From contig OZ037767.1 of NCBI GenBank assembly GCA_964035545.1, positions 6,464,707 to 6,528,706 on the forward strand: 64,000 nucleotides of DNA, read 5' to 3'. The DNA is from Bugula neritina. Its lineage: Eukaryota; Animalia; Bryozoa. This document shows positions 32,791-47,980 of the stretch, one piece after another. The position numbers were made by a program, and so were the translations under genes. The first letter of the stretch is position 1. Every line of letters starts with the position of its first letter. The notes beneath the pieces are model-generated. The model did no database searches. It worked only from the letters and a program-made list of their open reading frames with translations, and was not told the origin of the DNA.

Positions 32791-35700
32791 ATGTCACAAA
32801 ATGAAAATGAAACTCAAAGTCAATCATCTTCAGAAAATCAAAATGGAAGTATAGTGCAGGTAAATTAAACCTATAAGTTAAATGTAACTACAAGCTGTAT
32901 TCACTTCGAGAATTTAAGTTTCACTTCCGAACTAAAATAGTATTTAATTTTATATTTATTAATATTATTAATACTAATCTTAATCAAGTTCAACTGTGAC
33001 TGTCACACTCACTGTGAGTGTGAAGTATGTAAAATTAAATGTTCTGGCCCACTCATTCTCAATTTGTAAATTAAATTTTTTCGGAATTTAAGTTTTACAA
33101 ATAAATTTGAATTAGATTTGGGGCAAGGTTTGTTTTAGTCTAACTTATTTGGAATAATGTTATAGTTATACTAATCATAATGATAATGCATGATTTAATT
33201 TTAAATTATATACCAATATCATCATTATCATTATGATAGTATTAATTTTTTAGAAATGACTTGCTGAGTTGTTGCTGTTCGGTGTTCAACCTGTGGGAAA
33301 TACTACGCTAATGCCTATAGCTCATGCTAATTTTAATCACTGAATGTCTTGGTTATTAGTATAACTGTATGATAATTGATAGGATTGTTTATTTAAATTT
33401 CAATCTTCGTTTTCAGTTTTATTCATTTTTTTTAATTTTAAAATTATGTTTGCTCTAGTAGTAGTGCCAATTGATATGCTTATAGTTATAATAATTTTAA
33501 AATTTGATTTGGTTTTATTTTAGCCATTACACCTGGAGCTATTGCTAATGCTTTCAATTGTTTTTTAAACAAGTATTAGTGATTGCCTCCAAGCCTAATT
33601 CTTATTAATTGTGAATTGTATGCTCTTTATTGTTTTTCTTAGTTAATTTCCTGTTTTTACAGTGTTAGTTTTATTAGGCTAAAGATCGAAATTAGGATAA
33701 TAGTAGTAATCAATATATTTCAACTCAACTAAGTCTAAGAAATATCTAATTAGTATGAAAACTATTTAGTGGCTTGTTCTACTTTGATTTGAAGCTCAGT
33801 TTTAAGTCAACAGTAAATTGCTGAAACCAGATACTAGGCCTATTTCCCAATGACCTAAGTCCAAGTTTAAAAGGCTACCAACTCATAGGCTTGTGTGGCT
33901 GATGAGATCTCCATCTTCATATGCGCAAGAAGGGTTGACAATTGCATTAAGTCACCCTACTTTTGTAAATACAATTCTGATTTAGAGATTTATTACTGTT
34001 ATATTTTTTTGCTTGTCTAATCTTAAAGTATCCATATGTGGCCTACTATCAGCTTCATACAGTTAGTTTTATGTAATCATTTTGTGTGCAGATGTTTTCA
34101 ATCAATTCATTGCCTTCAGCTTAGTTATTTCTAAACTGGTTTCTGCTCACTTACTTGTAATTACTGCTCAGTTTAAAAGCATGAAACACAGGCTATGTAT
34201 CCTGGTAACAATTAATAATTGTAGGATTTTTATTCAGAGACATTACAACTATATTCTTCTAGTACGCTGTAAGCCAGTAAAACAGTATAAAATATCTGTA
34301 GGTCACCTGAACAACAAAAACTAAAGAAAGAACTCTGTATTTGCTAGAAGTTGCTGTATTTGTAAAAAATATTTGGATAGGACTTCGCTGGTTGACTGAA
34401 ACCTCACACTCAGATTGCGTGACACAAATGTTCAAAAAATATGCTGTAAATCAATTATATCAGTCGCTGTGGGCATATTTTTCGAATTTTAAAGTATATA
34501 AATGTGACTAGGCAGCCTGCTTTAATGTGTCATAAACATCCAAATTATGTAATCTATAAGTAACAATTGTTTTTTTTTCTACAGATGATTTGGTTGCTTT
34601 TGATTTATTGACAAAATTTAATTAATGTATAATAAATGTAAGCAATAGTAAATAATATGTTTTCTGTCGGCCTGCTTCACTTATAACTGCAATACTTAAC
34701 TATCCACCAGTCAAAAAATTTCATTACTGGTTCTTTTCTAACTGAAAAGCTTAATATTTGGGATTTCATTGGAGCTTAATGTCTTGCAGTTATTGCAATG
34801 TTTCTGTTATATGATTCAAACCAAAACTTGGCAGTTTGATACTTTCAAAGTATTTCTATTGGCTATAGACTCTTTATATAGCTCTTTGAACCAACTATTT
34901 AATTTGTTGGTAAACAAGTCACGTGTATTTATTAGAATTTATTCTTTTTCGTAATTTGATGTGTAAAATTTGTCTATAAATAACTTTTCTTCACAAAATT
35001 CAAATTCCATGAGCTATTTTTATGCCTCATAATATTTGTTATATCTTACTTGTGGTGGATTTTAAGCAACTAGTTTGGCTCAGTATTCCTAAAACATTCT
35101 TTCACTCTAGAATGATGAAGCATCAAGCACAGAGAATTCTTCTGGCACAGCTACCAGCAGGGCACCGCAGCAGACAACATGGCAGATGATGAAGGGATTC
35201 CTGTTCAGGATGGTCATGATTTACATGGTCACCAGCTTCTTCAGACGTCCTGCTACTACTCCCACAACCCCCACTGTTGAAGATGGGGTCCCTGTCCCAG
35301 TCAGCCGTGGTCCTTCCCACAATCTCTATTCTGAGAACAGTAAATTTGTATGTTCATCATGCACCTATTAGCTCTACCTACCTGTACTGTCAGTAGCTAT
35401 TTCATATGGATGCCAAGTCCTTTCTAAACCATTTTAATAAAGCGGAAATTTCATAAATAGTTTGATCTGGCATAAAGTTATATAATACAGTTATTTCAGA
35501 TATTAGCTACTCAAATACTTTAATACTTAAATCATCATTGAAGACTGATTGTGTTGATAAATGATTTGAACTTATAGTGATAGAAAAGCAAGAAGGTTTT
35601 TTAATCATATTAATTATGTTTAAGAATAGTTTTATTAAAATTTCTATACTTCATTACGGAGAAAAGTTACTTATGACAACTACTTTTCTTATACTGTAGG

Positions 35701-38700
35701 ACATGTTATTTTATCTTGGTGATGATGAAATTTCTCCGGACTTTTCTAATCCCAACTCTTTGATGTGGAAGCACGAGAATGTGGAGTACGGTGACTGGTA
35801 TGCAGGGCCTACCTTTGATAGCTCCTTCACATTCAGCACTACAATCCAAGCATCTGAGGTTGTTTATATTCGCCATAGCAGCTTAAACGCTCCTGGTATA
35901 TCATTATATGCACTTGATGACTTATTTATAGTATCATATGTAAACTATTTGTTTCTGTTTTGACACTTGAAATCTTATCTTCTATTACATAAAAAGTATT
36001 TGCTTCATCACATGGCATTATGCTGTGGAGTTTTGTATGTTTTGCTTTTAATGATACATTAAGCAAAAACATAGCTTACTACAAGTTTTTGCATTTGAGA
36101 TGTAATGTAATGCAACTGTGATAGTTTAAACTGTTTGTGATAGAAAATTGGAACCTTACCTAAATTATTGGCAAATTTAATTCATTTTCCTTGTGTCTCA
36201 GCTTTAATGTAACTTTATTTGGTGTTGACTTATATATAAAACTAAACACTTGTTAGTGTGACCAGCATATGCAAAACATTCATCTTTATTTTAAACAACC
36301 ATCAACACTGTGTTTTCTATTTCATCATTTACCTCAGGCTTTGATGTCAAATGGCTCCATTTATCTTCACATATACATGCTTCCCCGTGGTTGGTTGCCT
36401 AACAGAGACGCTGGTAAACCAGAGGCATATAGGATAAATCATAAAGTCAAGCGTGAGTATTGCACGGTTTATTTTGTTTGATTTTTTTGTTACATGACTA
36501 TTACATAGATTTCTTTGGTCATTTCATAAGAAATTATAAATTTCTCACTCTTGACATGTTTATTGTTAAACTGGAATTTTCATGAGGTGTAGATGACAAT
36601 GATTAGTTATAGTTCATCTATCTTATGGTCCTTTATTCATTCATTCTGTGTATTCCAATATCTTCATGTTTTAGAGTTGAATAAGTTTAAAAAGAGGACA
36701 TTTGTAAATACTGTCAACTTACTCACCGGGAAGACTGACACCCACCCCGACTTAGTGAAAGTAAGAAATGTGCATTTTCTTATGTTTTAGGTTAACTGAA
36801 AGTTTTAAATTTAATAGTATTTTTTCTGACTCAGAGTTTACAATATATATTGCATTAGATTTAATTTAGTATTCAAATTTTATTTTTCTATTTGCCTTGC
36901 ATGTGCACTTGTCATTGCTAAAGCAATTGTGCTTATAACTAATGTAGCATGGGAAAAATGTAAATTTATGTTCAATTAACCAAATGTTGCAAGCATGGCA
37001 ATGTATTTTGACAATAAAGACATAATGTTTCATAGTTATGTTTTATTGACATTTGCATGTGTAAAAATGTATGTAGCAGGACTACTTATAGTAAATACTC
37101 ATAGTTAAATAAGTGTTTTAGACAGGCCTTCAAGTTTTTATGCCTTTGTCTGAACCCAGTTTAAGGATTTTCTTGAGAACTGAAAACAAATCAGCTTCAA
37201 GATATTTTTTGAGATCTATTTACGCTTGTATCTGCATCACATTCTAATACTCTGTTTGACTATATTGACAATTTAGAAGGAGAACAGCAGTTTAGTGGAA
37301 ATACTCTCTCACTGGCATCCTAACCTCACAATAAACTATGTCATTGATCAAACACCCTGGACTCAGGGCATGGTGCCAGCTCCGTTAGATCAGCGTAAGT
37401 AGTGCTTTTTAATCTCTCTGTTTATTTCTGCCTGCATTCACCTGATTTCTTCCTAGAAATGTTAAAGCTACCTCATAAAATTAGGAATTTTTGTCGCCTG
37501 AGCCTTCCTAAAATAGTTACTCTAAAGTTTTGGTTTACTAATGTTTCGTCCTAACCCGAATTATAAATTACAGATATACAGTTTGTGGAGGAAAAGCCTC
37601 ATTATTACCCTCCCATCTTTATCAATGACTACTGGAACCTTCAGCAAGACTACATGCCTATCAACGAAACAACTCCGTAAGTAGCCTGAAATGTTACACT
37701 TGTTTCTAGAAACATCCATTGAAATTCACTGAATACTAAAATTTTATTGACGTGAAAATGTTACAAAATAGAGTAATCATTCAACACTGACTTTATTTAC
37801 CAAAAGGTTCACAGTTGAAGCATAAGGAATCTTTCCCAATTTAGATTTGTCTGCTCATTTATTAGTATAAATTTTTGCATTTTCTAGTGAACTGAATTTC
37901 ACTCTCACTGTCCATCCACTCTCTCTGATCAAGTGGCAGTTCTACGCTGCTCAAGGAATGCGCAACCAGTGGTATGTTACTTATCGACAGCCTATTTACC
38001 TTCTCATATTTGTTTTAGATTTTCTAGAACTTTCTAGTGCACACTCTTGATATTGTTTTTTTTTGTAATATGCATCTCATGGTGTATTCAAGTATCCACT
38101 AGTTAAAGGGGGTCCCCCTACCCAGTTTTGATGCAGTAGTTTGAACACAAATCGGTTCAATAACCAACAAGAGATTGTATGTAGTGCAGCTTGTATATCA
38201 CCTCTAGTAATAAGTAATATCAACTATATTCCTATGTTATAGCGGTGAGAAACTTAATGTTTTACCATTCTGTGGATATTTTTGTATGCATCAATGCAAG
38301 TTCAAATAATGTGTACTGAATTATTTTAATAAAAAAGCTACCATGCTGTATGACTATGAGAATCTAGTTTATTATACTTTCGCTAGTATACCCAGTAGTT
38401 ATAGTACAGGGTGATGATGTTTCTATTTTAAAAATGTAGCCAGGAAATTTTTGATCTCTGAGCAATTAGCTGCATGTGCTAACAGTAACCACATAGACAA
38501 AGGTTCTAGCTAATCTATTCTAATCCTATGATGACTCGACAGTCATTCTGCATAGAAGCTCTCGTCTGTGTGTAGGTATAGCCAGTTGCTAGGAGACGGA
38601 GGTGGTGAACAGTCTGATGCTGAACAAGACACCCTCAAACAGACCATGCTAGAGACCAACCCATATCTGTTAGCTCTTACTGTTGGCGTATCTATTGTAC

Positions 38701-41700
38701 ACAGTGTGTTTGAGTTCCTGGCTTTTAAAAATGGTATGATGACTTACCTTTTTACCTTTTCTCAGCTTCATATCCACACTTTACATCTTGGTTGATTTAT
38801 TCTTTATTCAGCTTATAAGTGTGGTTTTGGTGAATAATCTTTATTGAGCATAGAATATGTTACTAGGTTGAGTAATACAGAGACAGTGAGAAACAGTATG
38901 TACATAAAGTATTAGCTTTTTATCTGTAAGCTTTACATGGCTTTTTCTATTCAAGCCTGTATAGCAACAATGCTATACTACAACACACCTGACGATACTT
39001 GTGCCTTTCTAAATGCCATTTGCTCTATTTTACCACAGTTTAAGCATAGCATTTCACCCACTTTTTCTGAAATTTTTTACCAAAATATAATCATTGTTTA
39101 ACATTCGAGTTCTACCATGAATATTTCCTGGCCGTATTACATTTGGGCTGCTAATAGGTAAGCAACCAATGGTCAAAATTTAGGTTTCGCACTCACTAGT
39201 TAATATTGGTCACATGCAGTGTCTCGCTTGGATTTCTTTTGTAGACATTCAATTCTGGAAGAATCGGAAGTCTCTGGAAGGCCTCTCCGTTCGATCTATC
39301 TTTTTTGGCGTATTTCAGTCTCTCATTGTTTTGCTGTATATCTTAGACAATGAGACCAACTTTGTAGTAATAATTAGTGTTGGGATAGGACTCCTCATAG
39401 ATGCTTGGAAAATCACCAGGGTTATCAACTTAGAGGTAAAGACCTTGTTTTGTGAAATCATTTCAACTTAACTTATCTGTTTGCGCAAACTGTCTATTTC
39501 ACCCTATCTGTTACTCTAAAACAACTATACTGGTATTGAAAAAAATGAGACAAGAGACAAATTGTAATACTTTTGTTTCTAAAAAATTGTTAGAAACTGC
39601 TTTATTCTGAAGATAAGGTACGTTAAAATGTATTTTATCCCAATGAAGCATACATTAGGTAATAAAAATAGGAATTTTTAGTCTGTAGTTATGTTATGTA
39701 AACATTTTTCAATACTTATTATACAAAGTTTTGTAAAAAATCTGTGCTATCCTTTTGCAAACGTTTAATTTTGTTCAAGACATATAAGTGCCTGAAACGA
39801 TTTTCAGCATTATTAAATTATAATTTATTACTTTGCCTATCATTTTGGCCATCACTTTATCTTCTCGTCTCTAAAAGACAAAATCTCTTAAAAAGCATTA
39901 CAGGAACTATTTATTTGAAAGTTGTCTTTTCTTGGTATTTTAAGATATGGCAGACATACTTTACGTAGTAGTTGCTACAGTCAGTGTAGTTATTTCATTG
40001 TATAAGTTGTTGTATACTTTTTAAAGGTATATACACAGATCATGATCTTTAATAGTTTTAAAAAACTGGTTTTCAATCCAAAATCACAGTGTTATTTCTA
40101 CCAGGCTATGTTTAAAAATTATTTCATGCTCTGTACAGCCTGTACAGCATTATCGTGTTTCAGATTGACTATGAGAACAAGTGGTTTGATGCTATACCCA
40201 GAATCACTTATACTGACAAGTCTACATATGTTGAATCTCAAACTAAGACCTATGATCAGGTATTGAACTATAGTGTGTCATGTCGCTGCCTGTAATGGAT
40301 CCCTGCATTTTATTAAGTTTTTGATGTTTGGGATGTTGCTAAATGTTGAAATATTTTCAAGCTTTAACGTTTAGTATATGTTGAGATGTATGTATTTGGA
40401 GAGAGTAATTTTAGTACATTCGCTAGCTGCATGTAGTCATTCATTAATTGACTGGCTTTTTCCATCAGGTTATCTGGCAGTACTAGTGAATGAAATTTGT
40501 GGAATTGTTTTTGAATTTTAAAAGCTTCTTTTTGCTGTTACTGAAGATGCATCAACTGACTAACTCATATTTTACTATATCAGACTAACTCTGCCTGAAT
40601 ATGTAGGTTACAGTAGAAAAGTAGTAGTTCAGTTGAAGATCCTACCTATAAGTAACTAGGGAATGGCCACTTACATTGTTATTTTAAATTTGAATTTTGT
40701 TTTTAGATGGCGTTTAAGTATTTAAGTTGGGCTCTATTCCCGCTGCTGGCTGGTTATGGCGTGTATTCCCTGATGTATCATGAACATAAGGGGTGGTACT
40801 CATGGGTGCTCAGTATGCTGTATGGTTTCCTTCTTATGTTTGGTAAGGCCCACTCTCTAATACTTTGCATTGCTGTTTTATTTATTTATGTATACTGTGT
40901 AGTCACTCATGTTCATGTAAAGTATTAATAACTTATATATAGATACTAAGCAATCTGATGTCTACAAAATTATATCGGTGAAGTCTTGCCCTCCCCCCTT
41001 CTTGTATTATCATAGATTGTTATATTACATTCAATTATAATACTCTATTATGTAGCTAGTAGCCTAATTACTTTATTTATAATTGCTTTATTTGTAAATA
41101 CTTTATACCACAATATGTCGTGATCAATATTTCAGAGTAGGTATACAGCTAAATTACCTTTTATTTCTTTCAAAACTGTTGTTGAATTTTAAAAAATGTT
41201 GTATTATAAATATTAAGCCACTGCTTAAGACCAATCAGTTATTAAACATGCTATTAGATGGAGACTTGTGTTGGGTGTTGACAGGTTTTATTATGATGAC
41301 CCCTCAGCTATTTATCAACTATAAGCTGAAATCAGTGGCCCACCTTCCCTGGAGAATGATGACTTATAAAGCACTGAACACCTTCATAGATGATCTCTTT
41401 GCATTTGTTATTAAAATGCCAACAATGTATAGACTGGGCTGCTTCAGAGATGGTGAGTAACTTGAGCTGATCCTTCTAAATGTGTTAACCAAGTCCTTAG
41501 GCAGGTAACTGTAGTGTATTCTTGACCTCTCTTCTGTGGAATAACCCTCCCCCCCCCCCCCCCCCCATGTATTTAAAGAATTTCAACTGACGGTTTTTTA
41601 ATGCAATTTTTCAGAAAGTTTTAATACCGTTCAAACCTATGTGTGGCTGGTACCTTACAATTGAGACCATCTTGGTAGGATGCATGAAGGAAAAACATCC

Positions 41701-42149
41701 TAAAAATGAAATGTCATTTCCTTTTTAACCCATTGCAATTTTGTGTCTATTTTGATCTACTTTAACAGCAAAATGTGAACTAACTGTTGAATGTTGTCAT
41801 ATCTCAACATATCCAACTTTCTATTGCTATACTGTTTTACTTTAAGTTGATAGACTAAAACTTTCTATCTAAATTATGTTGACAACAGCTTTTCTTGCTA
41901 ACCAACAAAAAGGTGAAAAAGCTCCACTTCATTAAACTATTCGCACTGTATGACTATGTACTTGTTATTGTTCCAGATATAGTGTTTCTAATCTTCTTGT
42001 ATCAAAGATGGATTTATAAAGTAGACCCTACTAGAGTAAATGAGTTTGGAACGACTGGGGAGCCAGATGACGCCCCTGCTGTCCAGGATGGTGATGGTGC
42101 TGAGGCTATGCAAGCAGTCAAATCTTCTGGTGCCAAAAAGGATGACTAG
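32791..42149 (+). CDS. CLPTM1: CLPTM1 (cleft lip and palate transmembrane protein 1 family, putative lipid scramblase)
   Basis: About 14 GT-AG exons. Hallmarks WQMMKGFLFR, SHWHPNLTIN, NDYWNL, ETNPYLLALT..HSVFEFLAFKNDIQFW, GFIMMTPQLFINYKLKSVAHLPWR, DDLFAFVIKMP, YQRWIYKVDPTRVNEFG, terminal KKDD. Confidence 0.95.
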
Positions 42150-42983
42150 TTTTCACGCATCCTGTTCTAATTTCTAATTATCAGATAATCTAGTAACTAT
42201 AATAATTTAACCGATTGCATATTTTAATTGTTAAATTCGATGTTTGTTGTATGGTATTGTAACTATTATATAATTCAATCATGAATTGTTGCTTAAACAA
42301 TACAGAATGCCAAGAGATTATGTCTGCATAAATTATAAATAAAACACTCTATTTGTGTTCTTAATGCATCATCAAATACCGAAATTATATTCAGCAAGTT
42401 TGATAACTGCTGTATGCTCCTGAAATTCTGCAACATTTATAGCCAGTAGTAAATAGACATTTTTCAATAAAGGCTTTATTGTGATAATTTATTGACTGCA
42501 CAAAACAAGGTGTTGGAAGTATATACAGAGTGGTTGTACCAAGATAACATAATATATACATAATATGTACAAACATTACAGTACAGGGTACACAATATTG
42601 GTGCATGATAGACTGTTGATACATACATTTAATGCTAGTAATAATGCCTCTCTTTAGTGCACAAAATATGTTGATTAAACTATACATAGATCTAGAATGA
42701 AATTCTAAGTTGCACCAATAAATGTATACTACTGGAAGATATAATCTTAGGTTACATACTTGTAACATGTGTATAACTGCCATATATAATATTACAGTTA
42801 GTTGAATGCATTTCAAAATGGAATCTTAATGACTTGCAAAACACATCTACAAGAATTTGTGAACTTCTAACAAAATATAAGCGTGAGCTTTGAGTGCCAG
42901 TATCAAAAATATTGGATAGATCACATCTGTTAGCACAAGGTTTGCTTGAGCATTTGGAGTTACTGTACTCAGACACCTACGTC

Positions 42984-45900
42984 CTACATTATGTTACAAC
43001 GACGCAGCTTCCAGCGTCGCCGCCGCCTGATGGGACGCGACTCATCCGACACATCAGTCTCAGTTGTGACCGGGTCTTCTTCAATTATTGGTTGACCTCC
43101 GAGTGCACATGCTCGAACATACGATTCATACGCCTTCACCTGCTTCTGGGCCGTCTTAATCTGCTGCATCCGGGCTGGAAGCTGAGGTAAACAGAAAAGA
43201 GTATGGTTTTGGCATACAATTTGAAATGCTTACTCTGAATCTATAATGTCGACTCGACATTTTCTGTCATATGGCCTAAATGTCCACCAGTGTGTAAAAT
43301 TCCATATAATTATGTTTACAACGCAGGGCATGTAGAAAAGTCTATAGTATTGATAAATTATCACCAATGGGATTGGGAAACGATAAATAGATAGGTGGGA
43401 TAGTGTAAGTGTCAGACCTGTGATGGGTAAGAATGTAAGATTATAAGCAGTTTTATAAAGACCAGCCAACCCAAGACTTATCTATACATCAGATCAAGAA
43501 GATTCAAGGTTATCAACACTTAAATTCAACTCTCACATTTGCCCACTACAGCTCGTTGCACTCTAATGATTAAAGGAAGAAAATAATGATGCAGACAGAG
43601 GAAAATTATCCATTATTGTTGAAATAGTCAATAAACAGTACTGATGGCTAATGCAAGAGAAACAGCTATGGATCTTACTAACCATATACTGTATTAAATC
43701 TTAATTGACTAGAACAAATTTTAAAATAAATTTTGCTAGATAACTTTTGCCCACCAATTTCAAAGTACTACAACTTAGTTGTAAGTCAGTAAGTTACAAG
43801 TGTAATGGTGGACATTTTTAAACTACCTCAATGGCTAGAGCACACTCCTTACTGCAAGTCCAGTGAAGAAAAGGCACACAGGTATTGTTGATATAGGGAT
43901 TCTTGAAGGTGAACACTATGTAACCTGCAACGAAAAATGGGAAGATTTTGAGAGATCGTAATAGCAGAATTAACAGACTCTCACAGATAAACTTGGTGTC
44001 AGAAAATAGCAAACATGTATTAGATTGCTTCATAGATTAAATACGTTTTGTGTAATGCTAGTTGGTAAGGACAATATCCACTCAATTGAAACATAAAAAA
44101 TACACATCAGCATCCTTTGGTAAAACAATAAACATGAGTGAACATCACATGAATACACTACTATAGCTCAAATTCCAAACAGATATATTTCTATAAAGTA
44201 CCAGCATAAACTAACTTGCAGCTCTCAAACAGCAGGAACTAATAGCATGACTCACAAAACTAAAAAACAGAAAACATACACATCAAGTATCAATAAGTTT
44301 AATGATGCAAATACAATAAATGTTGTTAGAGCAAACATTTAAGTGCAGCAGTGGGAGAATTGAGGAAAGTCTGAGTTCTTAAAATTTCTTTATAGATTTG
44401 AGTTGGGGCAAGGGTTGAAATTTTTGCGAGAACATAAATTTTCATGCTACATTTCTAATTTAGAACAAAGTCTTTTCTCAATTTTTTATTTACTGCACCC
44501 ACCTCAAAGCAAACACATAAACTGGGGTTTAGACGAGTCTCAACCCAGGAGTACCCGACAAGACCAACCTGTTGAGTAAAGGAGCTCTGCCGTGTTGCAG
44601 GCTGCGCAGACATTGAAAAGCGAGTAAACCTCCGATATGTAGTCTTTGACGGACTCGGGTATGCTGGAGAGAAGGAAGTAGTTGCATTTCCTGCTGATGA
44701 TAGACTTGGCAGCCCAGAACTTCAGTGATTGCACATTAGTAGCACATTCAAGTGCAGCAGACGCTGTGTCAACATCTGTTGATAGTATGAGTCATATTTG
44801 ACAAGGAATATACACCACACAAGCACCTGCTCTGCAGTGTCAACACAGACACAGGCAGTGAGTGCCAACAGTTGTAATAATGAGACAATAAGGTTGGTGC
44901 TAAAGCATGGATGTTACCAGCACAATGCAACCCACTGCTTCAACTTACGAAGAAACATTGTGGCTATCAACAAAATGTGTTTACAAGAGTTGAGCTTGAA
45001 AATGACAAACTACAAATAATATGAGTTTTGAAGTGGCCGAAATGCAAGATATATCATTCACTACTGAGCTAACTCTTTCGAGTCATAGCAACAGTGAGTT
45101 CTGTTTTTGAACTGACCTGAAAAAGAGGCGGTTCTTATTCGCTCCCTGCCTTCGCACACATACCACATAAAGGTGGTTCGAAAATAGTTCTGATTGCCAT
45201 GACGATGCAAAGTTTCTAGTTTTTTCAACTCAAGCACAAATCCTGGGACAGCATCTAAAATACACATTATTTTTAGAGAACTATCTGTTTTATATATAGA
45301 GCATTACATTAGTATTCCGATGGAATGTTAAGCGAATTGACATTTGGAGCTGTATAATGCTGCATAATGTTATCAGTATAATCATGTGATAAATGACAGA
45401 ATTTTAGACAATGATGGAAGTCATTGGGTATTCATACTCTATATTGTAGTTTAGAAATATTCTGTTTGGTAAAATACAATTTGAATCAACCCAAAGCTTT
45501 CCAATTTCTAGTCACCATTAATAAAGCAGGCATGCAGAGTAGAAGAAATGACCAGACATAACTGGACAAGACATGACTAGACATGACAAGACATGACTAG
45601 ACATGACATAGACATCACATGACATAGACATGACTGAACATGACTAGATATGACTAGACCGTGACATGTCATATTCAGCTATGACTATAACTAGTCACTA
45701 TACTATATATGAAATATGTTTCCACTTGAAAAACAAATACCACAGAAACTAAAATGCTGCTAAAAATATGTATGGTAGACGAGAATGAATAAACAAGTTT
45801 TCCAGGTGTCCCCAGGTGTATGGGAGAATACTGTAGCATCTTCAAGTGGTTACAGACCACATATCCTGACTACACAACTTACCGAGTGCGTTGTTATCTA

Positions 45901-47783
45901 AGAGGAGAGTTGTGATTTCCTGGCAGTGAGCCAGCGTGTACGGGATGGAATCATTTCTCAGTTTGTTATTTGATAGTCTGAGAACTTTGAGATGTTGCAG
46001 CTTCGCTATCTCGGGTGGTAACACACTCAACTGATTGTTACGTAGGGACAGCGTCTTCGCATTTCTTACGTTAAATATCTGGTAAAACAAAAATGCAACT
46101 TTATTTATATGTAAATAAAATTATCTAAAATTAAAGAAATACATATAAGCACTCATAGGTTTTATACACTTGAATTGTTCAACAGTAAAGGAACTCTACT
46201 CTAAAATTGTCAACCAACGTTAGCTACTGATGCATAATTTTTAAAATCCCTTGTAATTTTGGTGAAAATCTTGAGCATGGTATGAGATTTTGATGCGATA
46301 AAAACCAAGATGTCACCATGTGTACATATATTTGAAATTAAAAAAATATTGGCAAACGTACCTTTCCATTCATTGTTTATTTCAGAATTGGCAAAAGGTT
46401 CTCTCATTCAAAATTGTTAATTATGTTAAAACTGACTTTTTGGAAACAAGTTGGGTGAAATGTTATTTGAATTTAAAATAAAGGTTAACAGTTAACTCAC
46501 AACTTTTAAAGTTAGCTTATAGCAAAACTGGGTGTTGAAGACTATATGGGTGTTTAGACGGTGTATAAATAAAACAACCTAGCATTATATAGTAAACACA
46601 GAAAAAATTCTTACAATGACGCACTTACACATTTGGGTAGTTTGAAACTATGGCCATTAAAGGAAGAGTCCAAATCGAGAGTTGTGATAGCTTCAGACTT
46701 GAGATATGAGGTGAATATATTGGAATCTAAAACACGCAGTTTAAACACCGTACTGTATACTGTACTGTCTGCTACTTAAAGTGCTTTGTGGTGATACAAA
46801 CTTAGTTATAGCATCTAAATAAGCACAAGCAAAGAGTGACAAAACAATATATAGTTTTGAATCAGAACACTGCAGTAAGATTTGATATTCAAATCCATTT
46901 AAGATTCTCAACAGCTTTCCAACAGTACTTTCTATAGTCAATCTCAACATTGAATATTAGATATCCAAAGTAAGATGTTCACTCACAGAAAAGGCCATTC
47001 TCTGATGTAGACTGTTTGTATTTATGGCCTTCCAACTTTAGCACATGATAGAACCTCTCCTTGTCGTAGATATAGAAGTTGTAGACTGGACAGAACGCTG
47101 CGTCATCTGCCCTCTGTCGCTTGGCTTCTTCAACAATGTGAGTCAGTCTCTCGTACAGGGCTTGTGTAGAGTTATACACCACCTGGGCATGCACTCCCAA
47201 ATTCTCATTGGGCTAAAACCAAACAAGAGCACATTGTGCAAGAAACTAAGACAAGTAACGAAACTTATTTACGAGAATGTCACAGGACTAAAAGTCTGTG
47301 TTATTTTAATAAAACATACTTCTGAAAGCAGTATAGGGCTTTGTTAATTTCCCCGCATGTGGTGTTTCTTTACTATGTACAAGCTGTGCTAAATTACTGC
47401 TATGTAAATACCACAAAGCAGCGACCTTGGCCTAGGGTATGGACTTTAGCTTAGTAAACCTGAGGTCATGGGTTCCATCCCAGTAAAGGCCATGTTTAGG
47501 AAGAGCATCCAGTCATAGTTGCTCTTGTGCAACATCTGAAAAAATGCTTAGCCCGCTTTAAAAAACACCCATTTCTTTAGTAAAAGGGCTTTTTGCGAGA
47601 TAGTGATTACAAACTTGCTCAAGTTTCAAATACAACAGGATATACCTGAGTGTCGAGAGAGTCAGCAGACACATAGGTGTCTATCAACGTCTCCCAGCTA
47701 AGTCTGACCTCCTTTGATGTTGCTATAGCAACATAGCAGCCCAGCTCATACGCTGTCGGTGATATGTTTCGAACTGTAGTCAT
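42984..47783 (-). CDS. Leucine-rich repeat protein, LRRC58/LRRC28-like architecture, C-terminal CaaX
   Basis: Exons about 47646-47783, 46987-47212, 46630-46726, 45882-46078, 45117-45254, 44567-44775, 43826-43923 and 42984-43181. LRRs LSLRNNQLSVLPPEIAKLQHLKVLRLSNNKL; BC-box-like VQSLKFWAAKSI; CAAC...VPFLHWTCSKEC; ends RRRRRWKLRRCNIM. Confidence 0.75.
44341..44500 (+). repeat. About 160-bp MITE-like repeat, copy 3
   Basis: Aligns by eye to 1937-2095. Confidence 0.7.
45568..45668. repeat. About 10-bp tandem repeat (AGACATGACT)n, intronic
   Basis: About nine degenerate units visible. Confidence 0.85.
47419..47533 (+). repeat. tRNA-derived SINE-like element
   Basis: A-box-like TGGCCTAGGG, B-box-like GGTTCCATCCC, then AGGAAGAGCATCCAGTCATA core shared with 12385-12500. 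Confidence 0.5.
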
Positions 47784-47980
47784 GTTTCACTACCTGTTCA
47801 CAGCCCAAAGACAAGTATTATGACTCAAACATAAATAAATATTAGATAAATCACTGGAATATACATGGCATGTGCAGAATATAAATAAATATAGTGGTAT
47901 ACAAGGGCAATGGGTCTTATGATAGCATTGCGTAAGGCTAATTGATACCTCAGCAAAACCTTTTTAAACAGTTCCCATTT

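Noticed and set aside
41545-41566. Poly-C run in a CLPTM1 intron
   Set aside because: Simple homopolymer of unreliable length with no supporting context.
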